Shown: positions 34,677 to 43,921, counted from the stretch's first letter. The stretch is DNA of 64,000 nt from Candidatus Omnitrophota bacterium (GCA_028870995.1 JAGWOI010000004.1:17578-81577), one strand, 5' to 3'. Numbers and translations: made by a program. The notes: generated by a model not told the origin, from the sequence alone.

Positions 34677-35135
34677 ATGGCTGCCGTCAAGAAAAATAAA
34701 AGCAACAAGCCTCCCCGCATCGGCATCGTGGCCTCAAGCTTCAACGATTTCATCACCAAGAGGCTGCTCCAAGCGTGTTTGTTGGAATTAAAGCTGGCGG
34801 GCGTCAACCAGGTCACCACGGTCTGGGTCCCCGGTGCCTTTGAGGCGCCCCTGGCCGCCCTGGCCCTGGCCCGGCGCAAGGATATCGACGGGGTCATTTG
34901 TTTGGGGGCCGTGCTGAGGGGGGAAACCTACCATTTCGATGTGGTGGCCAATGAAGCAGGGCGCGGGATCATGGAAGTGTCCCTGCGCACAGGCAAGCCG
35001 GTGATGATGGGGATATTGACCGCCGATACCGGTTCCCAGGCTGAGGGGCGTTCCAAACCTAAAGGCGGCAGCAATAAGGGGCGCGATTGCGCCCGTGCGG
35101 TCCTGGAAATGATTGCTCTTTTGAAAAATCTATGA
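34677..35135 (+). CDS. ribH: 6,7-dimethyl-8-ribityllumazine synthase
   Basis: About 152 aa with lumazine synthase motifs (…VWVPGAFE…; [12 protein letters not shown]). Confidence 0.9.
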   Translation: MAAVKKNKSNKPPRIGIVASSFNDFITKRLLQACLLELKLAGVNQVTTVWVPGAFEAPLAALALARRKDIDGVICLGAVLRGETYHFDVVANEAGRGIMEVSLRTGKPVMMGILTADTGSQAEGRSKPKGGSNKGRDCARAVLEMIALLKNL

Positions 35136-35554
35136 GACGTCGCACCCTGGCGCGGGAACACGCCTTGAAAATCCTTTACCAGTTCGACATCACCAAGCGT
35201 CCGGTGGACGCGGTGGTTGATTCTTATTGGAAGGCGGAAGAGACCAAGGACGGGGAGATCATCACCTATGCCAACCTTTTGGTCCGCGGCGTCAATGGCC
35301 ATATTCAGGACATCGACCACAAGATTTCCGATTATGCCACCAATTGGCAGATCAAGCGCATGGCGATCATTGACCGCAATATCATGCGCATCGGTTTGTA
35401 CGAACTGCAGCACACCCAGGACATTCCCCCGAAGGTGGCCATCAATGAAGCGGTGGAACTGGCCAAAAAATACGGTGACCTTGAATCAAGCAAGTTCGTC
35501 AACGGCATCCTGGACAAGATCCACAAAAAAGAGATCGTCGAACGGCAGAATTAA
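35132..35554 (+). CDS. nusB: Transcription antitermination factor NusB
   Basis: ATGA overlap with ribH. NusB-like helical sequence (…[16 protein letters not shown]…). Confidence 0.85.
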   Translation: MRRRTLAREHALKILYQFDITKRPVDAVVDSYWKAEETKDGEIITYANLLVRGVNGHIQDIDHKISDYATNWQIKRMAIIDRNIMRIGLYELQHTQDIPPKVAINEAVELAKKYGDLESSKFVNGILDKIHKKEIVERQN

Positions 35555-35563
35555 TTCCCTTCG

Positions 35564-36406
35564 TTGCAAATTCTGGAGGACGGCATGCCCGGCAACGCAG
35601 ATCTTCATATCCACACGTATTTCTCCGACAGCACTGCATCGCCGCAGGAGGTGGCCGATGAGGCGAAGGCTGCCGGACTTTCCTGCATCGCCATCACCGA
35701 CCACGACATCATTGAAGGCGTAGCACCCGCCATTGAGGCGGCCGGGCCCCATGGGATCGAAGTTGTCCCGGGCATCGAACTTTCGTCGGAGTTCGAAAAC
35801 TGCGATATCCATATCCTCGGTTATTTCATCGATTATCAGAAGGGGCCGATGCTGGAAAGGATCGACACCTTTTTGAATGCCCGCATGGACCGCATGAAGC
35901 GGATGATCATGAATCTAAAGGGCGTCGGCGTCAATAATATCGAATTCGAAGAGGTCTGCGCCCTGACGCATTCCAGGGCGGTGGGCCGCTCCCATCTGGC
36001 CATGCTGCTGCAGCAAAAGGGCTGGGTCAATAACATCAAGGCCGCCTTTGAAAAATACCTGGGCCCCGGCTGTCCCGGCTATGCGCCCAAATACAAGCAA
36101 ACTCCTTTTGAAGCCATCGAGCTTATCCGCCGATCCGGCGGGGTGGCGGTGATGGCCCATCCGATGCTCACCCAAAAAGACGAATTGATCCCGCGCTTTG
36201 TAGCGGCAGGATTAAAAGGCCTGGAGGTCTATTATCCCAATACCATGGATGCGGTGGTGCAATTTTATGAACGCATCGCCCGGAAAAACGGTCTCATCGC
36301 TACCGGCGGTTCGGATGCGCACGGCAAGGCCAAGCCTTATACTTATATCGGCAAAAGAACCATACCAATGGAAGTTGTTGAGCAATTGCGGCAGGCCAAG
36401 GGATGA
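35564..36406 (+). CDS. PHP-family (polymerase/histidinol-phosphatase) metal-dependent phosphoesterase
   Basis: PHP motifs: DLHIHTYFSD; AITDHD; HILGYF; MAHP; GGSDAHG. Embedded in the rib operon between nusB and ribD. Confidence 0.8.
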   Translation: MQILEDGMPGNADLHIHTYFSDSTASPQEVADEAKAAGLSCIAITDHDIIEGVAPAIEAAGPHGIEVVPGIELSSEFENCDIHILGYFIDYQKGPMLERIDTFLNARMDRMKRMIMNLKGVGVNNIEFEEVCALTHSRAVGRSHLAMLLQQKGWVNNIKAAFEKYLGPGCPGYAPKYKQTPFEAIELIRRSGGVAVMAHPMLTQKDELIPRFVAAGLKGLEVYYPNTMDAVVQFYERIARKNGLIATGGSDAHGKAKPYTYIGKRTIPMEVVEQLRQAKG

Positions 36407-37476
36407 ATAATGATATCATCTATATGAACCGGGCTTGGGAATTGGCCCTGCAAGGTTGGGGCAGGACATCGCCCAATCCCATGGTGGGCGCGGTGATTGT
36501 CAAGTCGGGCAGGATCATTGCCGAAGGCTATCATCATTATTGTGGCGCAGACCATGCCGAAGTGGATGCCTTTAAAAAAGCCGGTACAGCGGCACGCGGG
36601 GCAGCGCTGTATGTGACCTTGGAGCCTTGCGGCCATTGGGGACGCACGCCGCCGTGTACTGAGGCCATTGTGAAGGCCGGCATCCGCAAGGTCGTGGTCG
36701 GCGCGCTTGATCCCAATAAACTTAATAACGGCCAATCCCTGAAGTTCCTGAGACGCAACGGGATCAAGGTGGAGCAGGGCCTGTTATCGGAAGAATTGAC
36801 GCGCCTCAACGAAGCGTTCAACTGCTGGATCACCAAGAAGCGGCCCATGGTCACGGTCAAGATCGCCCAAACTCTCGACGGCAAGATCGCCACCCTTAAC
36901 GGGCGCTCCCAATGGATCACCGCAGCCTTTGCGCGTAATTATGCGCATCGCCTGAGATTCGGTTTTGATGCCATCATGGTGGGCATCAATACCGTTCTTA
37001 AAGACGGCCCGCGGTTAAACACCGTGCCGGCCAAACCCATCAAGAAAATTATTTTGGATACCCATGGCCGTTTCCCCGCGCGCGCCAGGTTATGCGAAGG
37101 CACCCGCCCGCAGGACGTACTGGTCTTTACGGGAAAAGCCGCTATGAAGCGGGCCGACGTGCAGGTGATCGAGGCCCCCTTATATGAAGGGAAAATTGAT
37201 TTAAAATGGGTCCTGTCATTTTTGGGGAAAATGGACATTACCAGCGTGCTTATTGAGGGCGGCGGGTTAATGGCAGGTGAGGCGCTCAGGCGTAATCTGG
37301 CCGATAAAATGATGATTTATATGGCGCCCAAGATCATGGGGGAGGGGCTTGGCAGTGTGCGCGGCTTTGTCCCCAAGGCCTTGGGAGAAATAGCCTATCT
37401 AAAAGAGATGAGTATTGATAAAATAGGGGAAGATATTTTAATCCAGGGTTATCCGCATGTTTACAGGCATCGTTGA
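36403..37476 (+). CDS. ribD: Bifunctional diaminohydroxyphosphoribosylaminopyrimidine deaminase / 5-amino-6-(5-phosphoribosylamino)uracil reductase
   Basis: CMP/dCMP deaminase zinc motif (HAEV…PCGHWGRTPPC) plus a C-terminal reductase domain. Confidence 0.9.
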   Translation: MNNDIIYMNRAWELALQGWGRTSPNPMVGAVIVKSGRIIAEGYHHYCGADHAEVDAFKKAGTAARGAALYVTLEPCGHWGRTPPCTEAIVKAGIRKVVVGALDPNKLNNGQSLKFLRRNGIKVEQGLLSEELTRLNEAFNCWITKKRPMVTVKIAQTLDGKIATLNGRSQWITAAFARNYAHRLRFGFDAIMVGINTVLKDGPRLNTVPAKPIKKIILDTHGRFPARARLCEGTRPQDVLVFTGKAAMKRADVQVIEAPLYEGKIDLKWVLSFLGKMDITSVLIEGGGLMAGEALRRNLADKMMIYMAPKIMGEGLGSVRGFVPKALGEIAYLKEMSIDKIGEDILIQGYPHVYRHR

Positions 37477-38044
37477 ACATCAAGGCATAGTCAAAAAGAT
37501 CGAGACCAAAAAGAACCTGCTGGTTTTTAGCATTGACCTGGGGCCGCTGGCCCCCAAGGTCCGTCTGGGCGACAGTGTGGCCATTGACGGGGTCTGCCTG
37601 ACCGCAAGGTCCAAAAAAGCCAAGACGGCTGCCTTTGACCTTATGAAGGAGACCATTGAGAAAACGGCGCTGCGGGATCTAAAGGCAGGGGACTCGGTGA
37701 ACCTGGAGCTGGCCTTGCGGGCCGACCAGCGCTTGGGCGGCCATTTTGTGACGGGCCATGTGGATGAGGTGGCTGTCATTAAGCGTATTGATGAGGAACT
37801 CAACTGGGTGGCCGTGACCCTTAGCGTCAGCCGGGCCAACCGTAAATATATCGTGCCCAAGGGGTCGGTGACGGTCAACGGCGTGAGTCTCACCGTGGGC
37901 TGGGTCGGTAAGGACCGCTTTCAAGTGTACCTGATCCCTTACACGCTGCAAGTCACCAATTTGGGCGAAAAAAAAGCAGGGGATTGCGTCAATATCGAGA
38001 CGGATATTTTAGCCAAGTATCTTTTTAACAAAAAGGGGGGTTAA
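37457..38044 (+). CDS. ribE: Riboflavin synthase alpha subunit
   Basis: MFTGIVEHQG… N-terminus and an internally duplicated lumazine-binding repeat. Confidence 0.9.
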   Translation: MFTGIVEHQGIVKKIETKKNLLVFSIDLGPLAPKVRLGDSVAIDGVCLTARSKKAKTAAFDLMKETIEKTALRDLKAGDSVNLELALRADQRLGGHFVTGHVDEVAVIKRIDEELNWVAVTLSVSRANRKYIVPKGSVTVNGVSLTVGWVGKDRFQVYLIPYTLQVTNLGEKKAGDCVNIETDILAKYLFNKKGG

Positions 38045-38046
38045 CT

Positions 38047-38490
38047 ATGCGCTTGGAAATCGACGATATACAAAAGATCATCCCGCACCGTTTTCCTTTC
38101 CTGCTCATCGACCGCGTGTTGGAATGCAAGCCCAATGAAAAGCTGGTGGCGGTCAAGAATGTTTCCATCAACGAGCAGTTCTTCGTCGGGCATTTCCCCC
38201 ATGAGCAGGTGATGCCCGGTGTCTTGATCGTCGAAGCCATGGCCCAGGCCGGATGCATTTACGTGTACTACAGCAAAAACCTGCAGGGTAAACACCTGAC
38301 CTATTACCTGGCCAAGACCGAGGCGCGTTTCCTTCATCCGGTTGTTCCCGGGGACCAGCTCAAGATCGAAATCACCACCGTCAAACTGCTGCCCAAGGCG
38401 GGCTTTGTCAGGGCCAAGGCGTTTGTGGGCGAGAAACTCGCGGCCGAAGCCGACATAGGTTTTGGCATCAAGGACATCCGGGATAAGTAA
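38047..38490 (+). CDS. fabZ: 3-hydroxyacyl-[ACP] dehydratase FabZ
   Basis: Hotdog fold with FabZ motifs (IQKIIPHRFPFLLIDRV…; HFP..PVMPGVLIVEAMAQ). Confidence 0.9.
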   Translation: MRLEIDDIQKIIPHRFPFLLIDRVLECKPNEKLVAVKNVSINEQFFVGHFPHEQVMPGVLIVEAMAQAGCIYVYYSKNLQGKHLTYYLAKTEARFLHPVVPGDQLKIEITTVKLLPKAGFVRAKAFVGEKLAAEADIGFGIKDIRDK

Positions 38491-38505
38491 TCCGTAGGGC
38501 TGGCA

Positions 38506-39021
38506 TTGATCGTGATCCAAACCAACCGAAAATATACCTTTGCTTTCGGCGAACGCAAGCTGGTCATCAATAAGCTTTCCCATGAATCGGAATTCCAGCC
38601 CTTTGCCAAGGCGCTGGTTTTCGCGCTGTTTCATAAGCAATACCGTTCCCTGCGCCTGGAGCCCCAGCTGCCCGAAGAGCGCTTCCAGCCGGACCTGTGC
38701 GCCTTTGACTTCGACGGCAGCACCATGCTGTTCTGGTCGGAGGTGGGCAATGTCTCCCTGGCCAAAATCGAAAAGCTGTTCAAGAAATACCGCAAAGCCC
38801 ATTTCGTTTTTGTCAAAGAAGAGCAGGACGTACCGGCATTTGACAAGCATCTGCACAAACTGTCCAAGGACATGCTCAGTCTTCCTTTGATCGACATCGT
38901 GGTCTATCCGCCGCATTTTCAGGAATGGAACGTCAGCCCCGAAGGCGATGTTTTTATCCGTAAAGAAGATGTGCAGATCATCCGCTGGCACCAGCCCAAA
39001 GGGCACAAGGAACATTTTTAA
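38506..39021 (+). CDS. YaeQ-family protein
   Basis: Similar in length and motifs to E. coli YaeQ (ALVFALFH…; PDLCAFDFDGSTMLFWSEVG). Confidence 0.55.
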   Translation: MIVIQTNRKYTFAFGERKLVINKLSHESEFQPFAKALVFALFHKQYRSLRLEPQLPEERFQPDLCAFDFDGSTMLFWSEVGNVSLAKIEKLFKKYRKAHFVFVKEEQDVPAFDKHLHKLSKDMLSLPLIDIVVYPPHFQEWNVSPEGDVFIRKEDVQIIRWHQPKGHKEHF

Positions 39022-39099
39022 ATAAAGGTCATAGTGATTTTATTTGGCCTGGCCTTCTTGACATGGGGTATACTTGAATCAAGGAAAGGAGGGCGGTCC

Positions 39100-39252
39100 A
39101 TGAAAAAAACCGTTATCATACTTTTCGTATTCATGGTTTTGGCAGTGCAAAGCGGCTTTGCCCTGGTAGTGGTAGGCGGCGGCAGTTCGGGCAGTCCCGG
39201 TAACTCCGGGAATCCGCATCATCACCATCATCACCACCACCCTAAAAAGTGA
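39100..39252 (+). CDS. Small secreted poly-histidine peptide (signal peptide + Gly/Ser linker + His8)
   Basis: Strong ribosome-binding site (AAGGAAAGGAGGG) before ATG 39100. Encodes MKKTVIILFVFMVLAVQSGFALVVVGGGSSGSPGNSGNPHHHHHHHHPKK. Followed by a terminator hairpin. Confidence 0.55.
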   Translation: MKKTVIILFVFMVLAVQSGFALVVVGGGSSGSPGNSGNPHHHHHHHHPKK

Positions 39253-39265
39253 GAGATGTGCAGGG

Positions 39266-39297
39266 AAAAAGGGAATCCGAAAGGGTTCCCTTTTTTT
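39266..39297 (+). terminator. Rho-independent terminator after the poly-His peptide gene
   Basis: AAAAAGGGAA-TCCGAAAGGG-TTCCC followed by a T7 run. Confidence 0.7.
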
Positions 39298-39315
39298 ATT
39301 GCGCTTTCACGGCTG

Positions 39316-39344
39316 TTGACGCCGGCTCGCGGGACTGATAGAAT
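39316..39344 (+). promoter_or_regulatory. Sigma70-type promoter for tRNA-Pro (TTGACG-17-TAGAAT)
   Basis: Hexamers with a 17-bp spacer, about 30 nt upstream of the tRNA 5' end. Confidence 0.55.
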
Positions 39345-39373
39345 AGCGCCCTTAAAAGTATTGTTGTGATTTC

Positions 39374-39449
39374 GGGAAGTAGCGCAGTTGGCTAGCGCGC
39401 AACGTTCGGGACGTTGAGGTCGCGGGTTCAAGTCCCGCCTTCCCGACCA
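39374..39449 (+). tRNA. tRNA-Pro (anticodon CGG)
   Basis: Cloverleaf: acceptor GGGAAGT/ACTTCCC(G); D-arm GCGC/GCGC; anticodon stem CAACG/CGTTG with loop TTCGGGA; T-arm GCGGG-TTCAAGT-CCCGC; encoded CCA end. Confidence 0.85.
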
Positions 39450-39477
39450 TCTATAGCAGCATCTTTACGTCCAGTTT

Positions 39478-39747
39478 ATGGTTCGAGCCCATATTCACTT
39501 CTTCGGCACCGTCCAAGGTGTCGGCTTCCGCTACACCACGTTAAATCTTGCCAAGCCTTTGCATCTCACCGGTTGGGTGCGCAATCTCTCCGATGGCAGT
39601 GTGGAGGCCGTGGCCGAAGGTTCCCGGGAAAAGATTGAAGAGCTCGTTGCCCTATTAAAACAGGAATTTGGCCAGTTTATCCGGGATATCAAGATCGAAT
39701 GGCCGCCGGCCAGGGGTGAATTTGCCGAGTTCAAGATCGTTCATTAG
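39478..39747 (+). CDS. acyP: Acylphosphatase
   Basis: About 89 aa with acylphosphatase signatures (VQGVGFR…; [12 protein letters not shown]). Confidence 0.85.
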   Translation: MVRAHIHFFGTVQGVGFRYTTLNLAKPLHLTGWVRNLSDGSVEAVAEGSREKIEELVALLKQEFGQFIRDIKIEWPPARGEFAEFKIVH

Positions 39748-39750
39748 ATT

Positions 39751-41748
39751 ATGAATCAAACGGAAGCTAGAAAAGAGATCCGGTATCTGACCAAGGCTAT
39801 CGAGGAGCACAACCGCCGTTATTATGTGCTCCATGATCCTGCCATTTCCGATGAGGAATATGACCGCCTGCTTCAAAGGCTCGTGCAGCTGGAAGAGGAG
39901 TTCCCTCAGTTGAGGTCGCCGGATTCGCCGACTCACCGGGTCGGCGCCAAGGTGGAGGGGAATCTGCCCACGGTCAGGCATTCCCAGGGCATGCTTTCCT
40001 TGGATAATACCTATTCCTTGGATGAGCTTAAAGCCTGGTATCAGCGCGTGGTCAAGGGATTGGGCGGGCAGGAGCCGGTCATGACCGCCGAGGTCAAAAT
40101 TGACGGCCTAAGCTGTGCCTTGACCTATAAAGAAGGCCGCCTGGACCTGGCCGCCACCCGCGGGGACGGTACGACCGGTGAGGACGTCACGCATAATGCC
40201 AGGACCATCCACGACATTCCTTTGGCATTGAAATCATCCGCCCCTGAACTTTTGGAAATCAGGGGAGAAGTTTACATGGATAAAAAAGATTTTGCCAGGA
40301 TTAACCAGCAGCGCAAGGACAAAGGCGAGATTTTGTTCGCCAACCCCCGCAACGCCGCGGCCGGCTCGTTGAAATTGCTGGATGCCCGGCTGACCGCCCA
40401 GCGGCACTTGAAATTCTTTGTGCATTCGCCGGGCCGTCTTGAAAAGGAAAACCCTCCGTCCAGCCAATGGGGGTTTTTGAAGCGTTCTGAAGAATACGGT
40501 TTTGTCATCAATCCGCACATCCATCTTTGCCATAAGCTGGATGAGGTCATTCAATTTTGTCATGAGATGGAAAACACGCGTAATGAGATCGGCTTTGAAG
40601 TTGACGGGGTGGTGGTGAAGGTCGATGATTTCAAACAGCAGGCAATACTTGGGCGTACCCTTAAAAGCCCGCGCTGGGCCGTGGCCTTCAAATTTCAGGC
40701 CCACCAGGCCACCACAACGGTTAAAGATATTGTCGTTCAGGTCGGCCGCACCGGCGTTTTGACGCCCGTGGCGGAATTAGAGCCGGTGGCCTGCGCCGGT
40801 GTGGTCATCCAACGTGCCACCCTGCATAATTTCGATGAGATCAGACGTTTAGGCGTCAACGCCGGAGACCGGATCCTGCTGGAACGCGCCGGGGACGTGA
40901 TCCCTAAAGTCGTCAAGGTCACCCAAAAGCATGCCCAAGGCGATTTCGTGCCGCCTAAAACCTGCCCCTCATGCGGCGCCCGGATCCAGAAGGTCAAGGA
41001 AGCGGACGTGGCTTACCGCTGCTTGAATCCGTCCTGTCCCAAGCAACTGGAACGCCTTCTTATCCATTTCGCCTCGCGTCGGGCCATGGATATCGAAGGC
41101 CTGGGTGAATCCCTGGTGGATCAGCTGCTTAAGAAGGGAATGATCAAAGACCTGGCCGATATTTATTCGCTAAAGAAGGAGCGGCTGCTTGACTTGGAAT
41201 TATTTGCCGAAAAGAAGGCCGAGAATGTGCTCAAGGCCATCGATGAAAGCAAAACCCGGCCTTTATCCAAATTCCTTTATGCGTTAGGCATACCCAACGT
41301 CGGTGTCAAGGCTGCCGCAAATTTAGCTGGGCATTTCGGTTCCTTGGATGCTATTATAAAGAGTTCAATCTCACAATTGCAGGCCATCGCGGAAGTGGGG
41401 CCGGTGATGGCGGAATCAGTGGTTGAGTATTTCAAGCAGCCGCAGGTCAAAAACCTTTTGACCAAATTCCAGGCAGCGGGCCTGCATTTGACCGGAGCCA
41501 AGCGTCAGCCTTCAGGCCATCGCCTGGATGGCAAGAAATTCGTCTTTACCGGCGAGCTGGACGGGATGACCCGTGAGGCAGCCGGCGGGTTAGTGGAAGA
41601 ACAGGGCGGCAAGGTGGTCGACAGTATCAGCAAAAGTTTGGATTACCTGGTGGTTGGCCGGGCGCCGGGATCAAAGCTGGCCACGGCAAGGCAGTTGGGC
41701 ATACCCATATTAAATCAAAAGGAATTTAAGGAGATGCTGCATGGTTAA
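39751..41748 (+). CDS. ligA: NAD-dependent DNA ligase LigA
   Basis: Adenylation motif KxDG (EVKIDGLS), OB fold, Zn finger (CPSCG…C..C), HhH and a C-terminal BRCT domain. Confidence 0.92.
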   Translation: MNQTEARKEIRYLTKAIEEHNRRYYVLHDPAISDEEYDRLLQRLVQLEEEFPQLRSPDSPTHRVGAKVEGNLPTVRHSQGMLSLDNTYSLDELKAWYQRVVKGLGGQEPVMTAEVKIDGLSCALTYKEGRLDLAATRGDGTTGEDVTHNARTIHDIPLALKSSAPELLEIRGEVYMDKKDFARINQQRKDKGEILFANPRNAAAGSLKLLDARLTAQRHLKFFVHSPGRLEKENPPSSQWGFLKRSEEYGFVINPHIHLCHKLDEVIQFCHEMENTRNEIGFEVDGVVVKVDDFKQQAILGRTLKSPRWAVAFKFQAHQATTTVKDIVVQVGRTGVLTPVAELEPVACAGVVIQRATLHNFDEIRRLGVNAGDRILLERAGDVIPKVVKVTQKHAQGDFVPPKTCPSCGARIQKVKEADVAYRCLNPSCPKQLERLLIHFASRRAMDIEGLGESLVDQLLKKGMIKDLADIYSLKKERLLDLELFAEKKAENVLKAIDESKTRPLSKFLYALGIPNVGVKAAANLAGHFGSLDAIIKSSISQLQAIAEVGPVMAESVVEYFKQPQVKNLLTKFQAAGLHLTGAKRQPSGHRLDGKKFVFTGELDGMTREAAGGLVEEQGGKVVDSISKSLDYLVVGRAPGSKLATARQLGIPILNQKEFKEMLHG

Positions 41749-42298
41749 TTTTAATCCGGGCAAAAAATTGGTGGTTCTGGCGGCCGGTCTTCTGGTCATG
41801 GCCCTTTCTTTGAGCTCTTGCGATACGCTTAAAGAGAAATTCATTCGCAAGCCCAAGCATGAGGTGCAGAGTTTCACGCCGGTGCTTGAACCGGAAGAAT
41901 ATCCTTCACCCGAATTGGACCCGAAACATAATTACCAGCAGCATTACGACCTCATCAAGGCCTGGTACAGGGACCTGTGGTCTGCCATCGATGAAAAGGA
42001 CACTTCGAAGTATGTGCACTATATTATCAGGGAGGTCGACCATCACATCGATCAGATGAAGGCGCTGGTGGACGAGCCGACCCGGCTCAAATTGATCAAA
42101 TTGTCCTCGTATTTGGATTATTACCAAAGTTCTTTGGAGTACTCCTGGCAGGTGCGTAATGTTTCGCGGATCCAAAGCGATTTGCGCGGTTTTGACCGTT
42201 ATTTGCGGGACAACCTGCGCATAGACAGGATCCAAGGCCATTTTATTAAAATAATGCCTGCTGCGATGCCCGCAAAGCCGGCCATCAGGACAGAATGA
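41741..42298 (+). CDS. Lipoprotein, hypothetical
   Basis: Lipobox LSLSSC after a hydrophobic leader. 185 aa. Confidence 0.5.
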   Translation: MVNFNPGKKLVVLAAGLLVMALSLSSCDTLKEKFIRKPKHEVQSFTPVLEPEEYPSPELDPKHNYQQHYDLIKAWYRDLWSAIDEKDTSKYVHYIIREVDHHIDQMKALVDEPTRLKLIKLSSYLDYYQSSLEYSWQVRNVSRIQSDLRGFDRYLRDNLRIDRIQGHFIKIMPAAMPAKPAIRTE

Positions 42299-43182
42299 AG
42301 GAATTTATCGATGATTTCCTGGACTACATTACCGTCGAGCGCGGGCTGTCCAAGAACACCGGCCTGGCCTACCGCCGGGATTTAACCAAATACATCGGGT
42401 ATCTGTCGCAAAAGGGGATCGGCAGCGCCGACGCAGTCAGGCGGGAGCATGTTTCCGATTTCATGTTCGATCTCAAGAAGCACGGCATGTCCCCGTCCAG
42501 CATCTGCCGGCATCTGGCGGCGGTCAAAATGTTCCATCGTTTCCTGTTGCGGGAAAACCTTTCCAAGGAAGACCCCACGACACTGGTGGACACTCCGAAA
42601 CTTTGGAAGAGGATACCCGCGGTATTGACCCAGGCCGAGATCGAGTCCATGATCGCGGCAGCGGCCGGCCGCAAGACCCAGCAGGTCAGGGATGCGGCCA
42701 TCCTGGAAATTTTCTATGCCAGCGGTTTGCGCGTCTCGGAATTAGCGGATTTGAAAACGACCAGCATCAATTTCGAGGTCGGCTTTGTGCGGGCAGTGGG
42801 CAAGGGCAGCAAGGAGCGGATCATCCCTTTGGGGCAGAAGGCGGCCCAAGCCGTGCAAAAATATTTGGAGAAAGCCAGGCCGCAGCTTTTAAAGAACCAG
42901 GCGAATGATTATCTGTTCTTGAGCAAGCTGGGCAAAAGGATCAGCCGGGTCAGCTTATGGTCATTGATCCAGTCATATGCCCGTAAGGCCAATATCAAAA
43001 AACCGATCAAGCCGCATACCTTGCGGCACACTTTCGCGACCCATTTGCTGGAACATGGCGCGGATCTGCGCTCGGTTCAGGAAATGCTGGGGCATGCGGA
43101 CATTTCCACGACCCAGATTTACACGCACGTGGACAAGGAACGCTTGAGAAGCGTGCATAAACAATTTCACCCGCGGGGTTAA
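42295..43182 (+). CDS. xerD: Tyrosine recombinase XerC/XerD
   Basis: C-terminal catalytic region with the R…HxxR…Y signature (HTLRHTFATHLLEHGADLRSVQEMLGHADISTTQIYTHV). Confidence 0.85.
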   Translation: MKEFIDDFLDYITVERGLSKNTGLAYRRDLTKYIGYLSQKGIGSADAVRREHVSDFMFDLKKHGMSPSSICRHLAAVKMFHRFLLRENLSKEDPTTLVDTPKLWKRIPAVLTQAEIESMIAAAAGRKTQQVRDAAILEIFYASGLRVSELADLKTTSINFEVGFVRAVGKGSKERIIPLGQKAAQAVQKYLEKARPQLLKNQANDYLFLSKLGKRISRVSLWSLIQSYARKANIKKPIKPHTLRHTFATHLLEHGADLRSVQEMLGHADISTTQIYTHVDKERLRSVHKQFHPRG

Positions 43183-43185
43183 ATC

Positions 43186-43911
43186 TTGAACGATCTGCTG
43201 GCCCGTTTAAATAAAGATTCCTTGAGCCTGGTGCGTTCCATCGGTGAATTGGCCGAAGTCCTGGGCATGAGGGCTTATCTGGTCGGCGGCCCGGTCAGGG
43301 ACCTGGTCTTGAAATGCGCTAATGTCGACCTGGATATTGCCGTGGAGGGCGCGGCCCCGCGTCTGGCGGATGGGTTCGCCCGACAGCAGTCCGGTGCTGC
43401 CGTGACCCATTACCCGGCCTTCAAGACCGCCACCGTGCGTTTGGCGGACGGCCGGCTGGTGGATTTTGCCACGGCCCGCAAGGAAACCTATGCACGCGGC
43501 GGCGCTTTCCCGGCGGTGGTGCCATCGGATATCAAGCATGACCTTTTCCGCCGGGATTTTACGGTCAATGCCATGGCGGTGGCCGTCAACCCCAAGGCCT
43601 GGGGCAAGGTGGTCGATCCTTTCGGCGGCATGAAAGACCTCAAGGCCCAAAGGATCCGGGTGCTGCATGATAAAAGTTTTTGGGATGATCCAACCCGTAT
43701 TTTGCGGGCGGCCAGGTTCAAGGCCAGGTTCGGCTTTAAAATGGAAGCCAAAACATTAAGGCTTTTGAAGCAGGCCGTTGGGATGAAAGTACTTGATACA
43801 ATCAGGCCGCAGAGGTATCTTAAAGACTTTAATAAAATCCTCCAGGAGCCCCAATCCCTGGAAGCTGTCAGGTGCTTGAAGGTGTGGGGCGCTTATAAAG
43901 AAGGAAGGTAG
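43186..43911 (+). CDS. Short (241 aa) tRNA nucleotidyltransferase / poly(A) polymerase head-domain protein. TTG start.
   Basis: PolyA_pol head motifs (YLVGGPVRDLVL…DLDIAV…; RRDFTVNAMAV). It lacks the usual C-terminal body domains. Confidence 0.55.
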   Translation: MNDLLARLNKDSLSLVRSIGELAEVLGMRAYLVGGPVRDLVLKCANVDLDIAVEGAAPRLADGFARQQSGAAVTHYPAFKTATVRLADGRLVDFATARKETYARGGAFPAVVPSDIKHDLFRRDFTVNAMAVAVNPKAWGKVVDPFGGMKDLKAQRIRVLHDKSFWDDPTRILRAARFKARFGFKMEAKTLRLLKQAVGMKVLDTIRPQRYLKDFNKILQEPQSLEAVRCLKVWGAYKEGR

Positions 43912-43921
43912 GTAGTGCCGT

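Noticed and set aside
39414-39638. 74-aa ORF overlapping the tRNA-Pro gene and acyP start
   Set aside because: It overlaps a confidently folded tRNA and the acylphosphatase gene in another frame, so it is spurious.
39374-43182. tRNA-Pro followed within 3 kb by a tyrosine recombinase: possible integrative island
   Set aside because: The recombinase has full XerC/XerD-type motifs and is flanked by core housekeeping genes (ligA, rbfA, truB) with uniform composition. There are no direct repeats of the tRNA 3' end and no phage or cargo genes. It is a chromosomal Xer dimer-resolution gene, not an island integrase.
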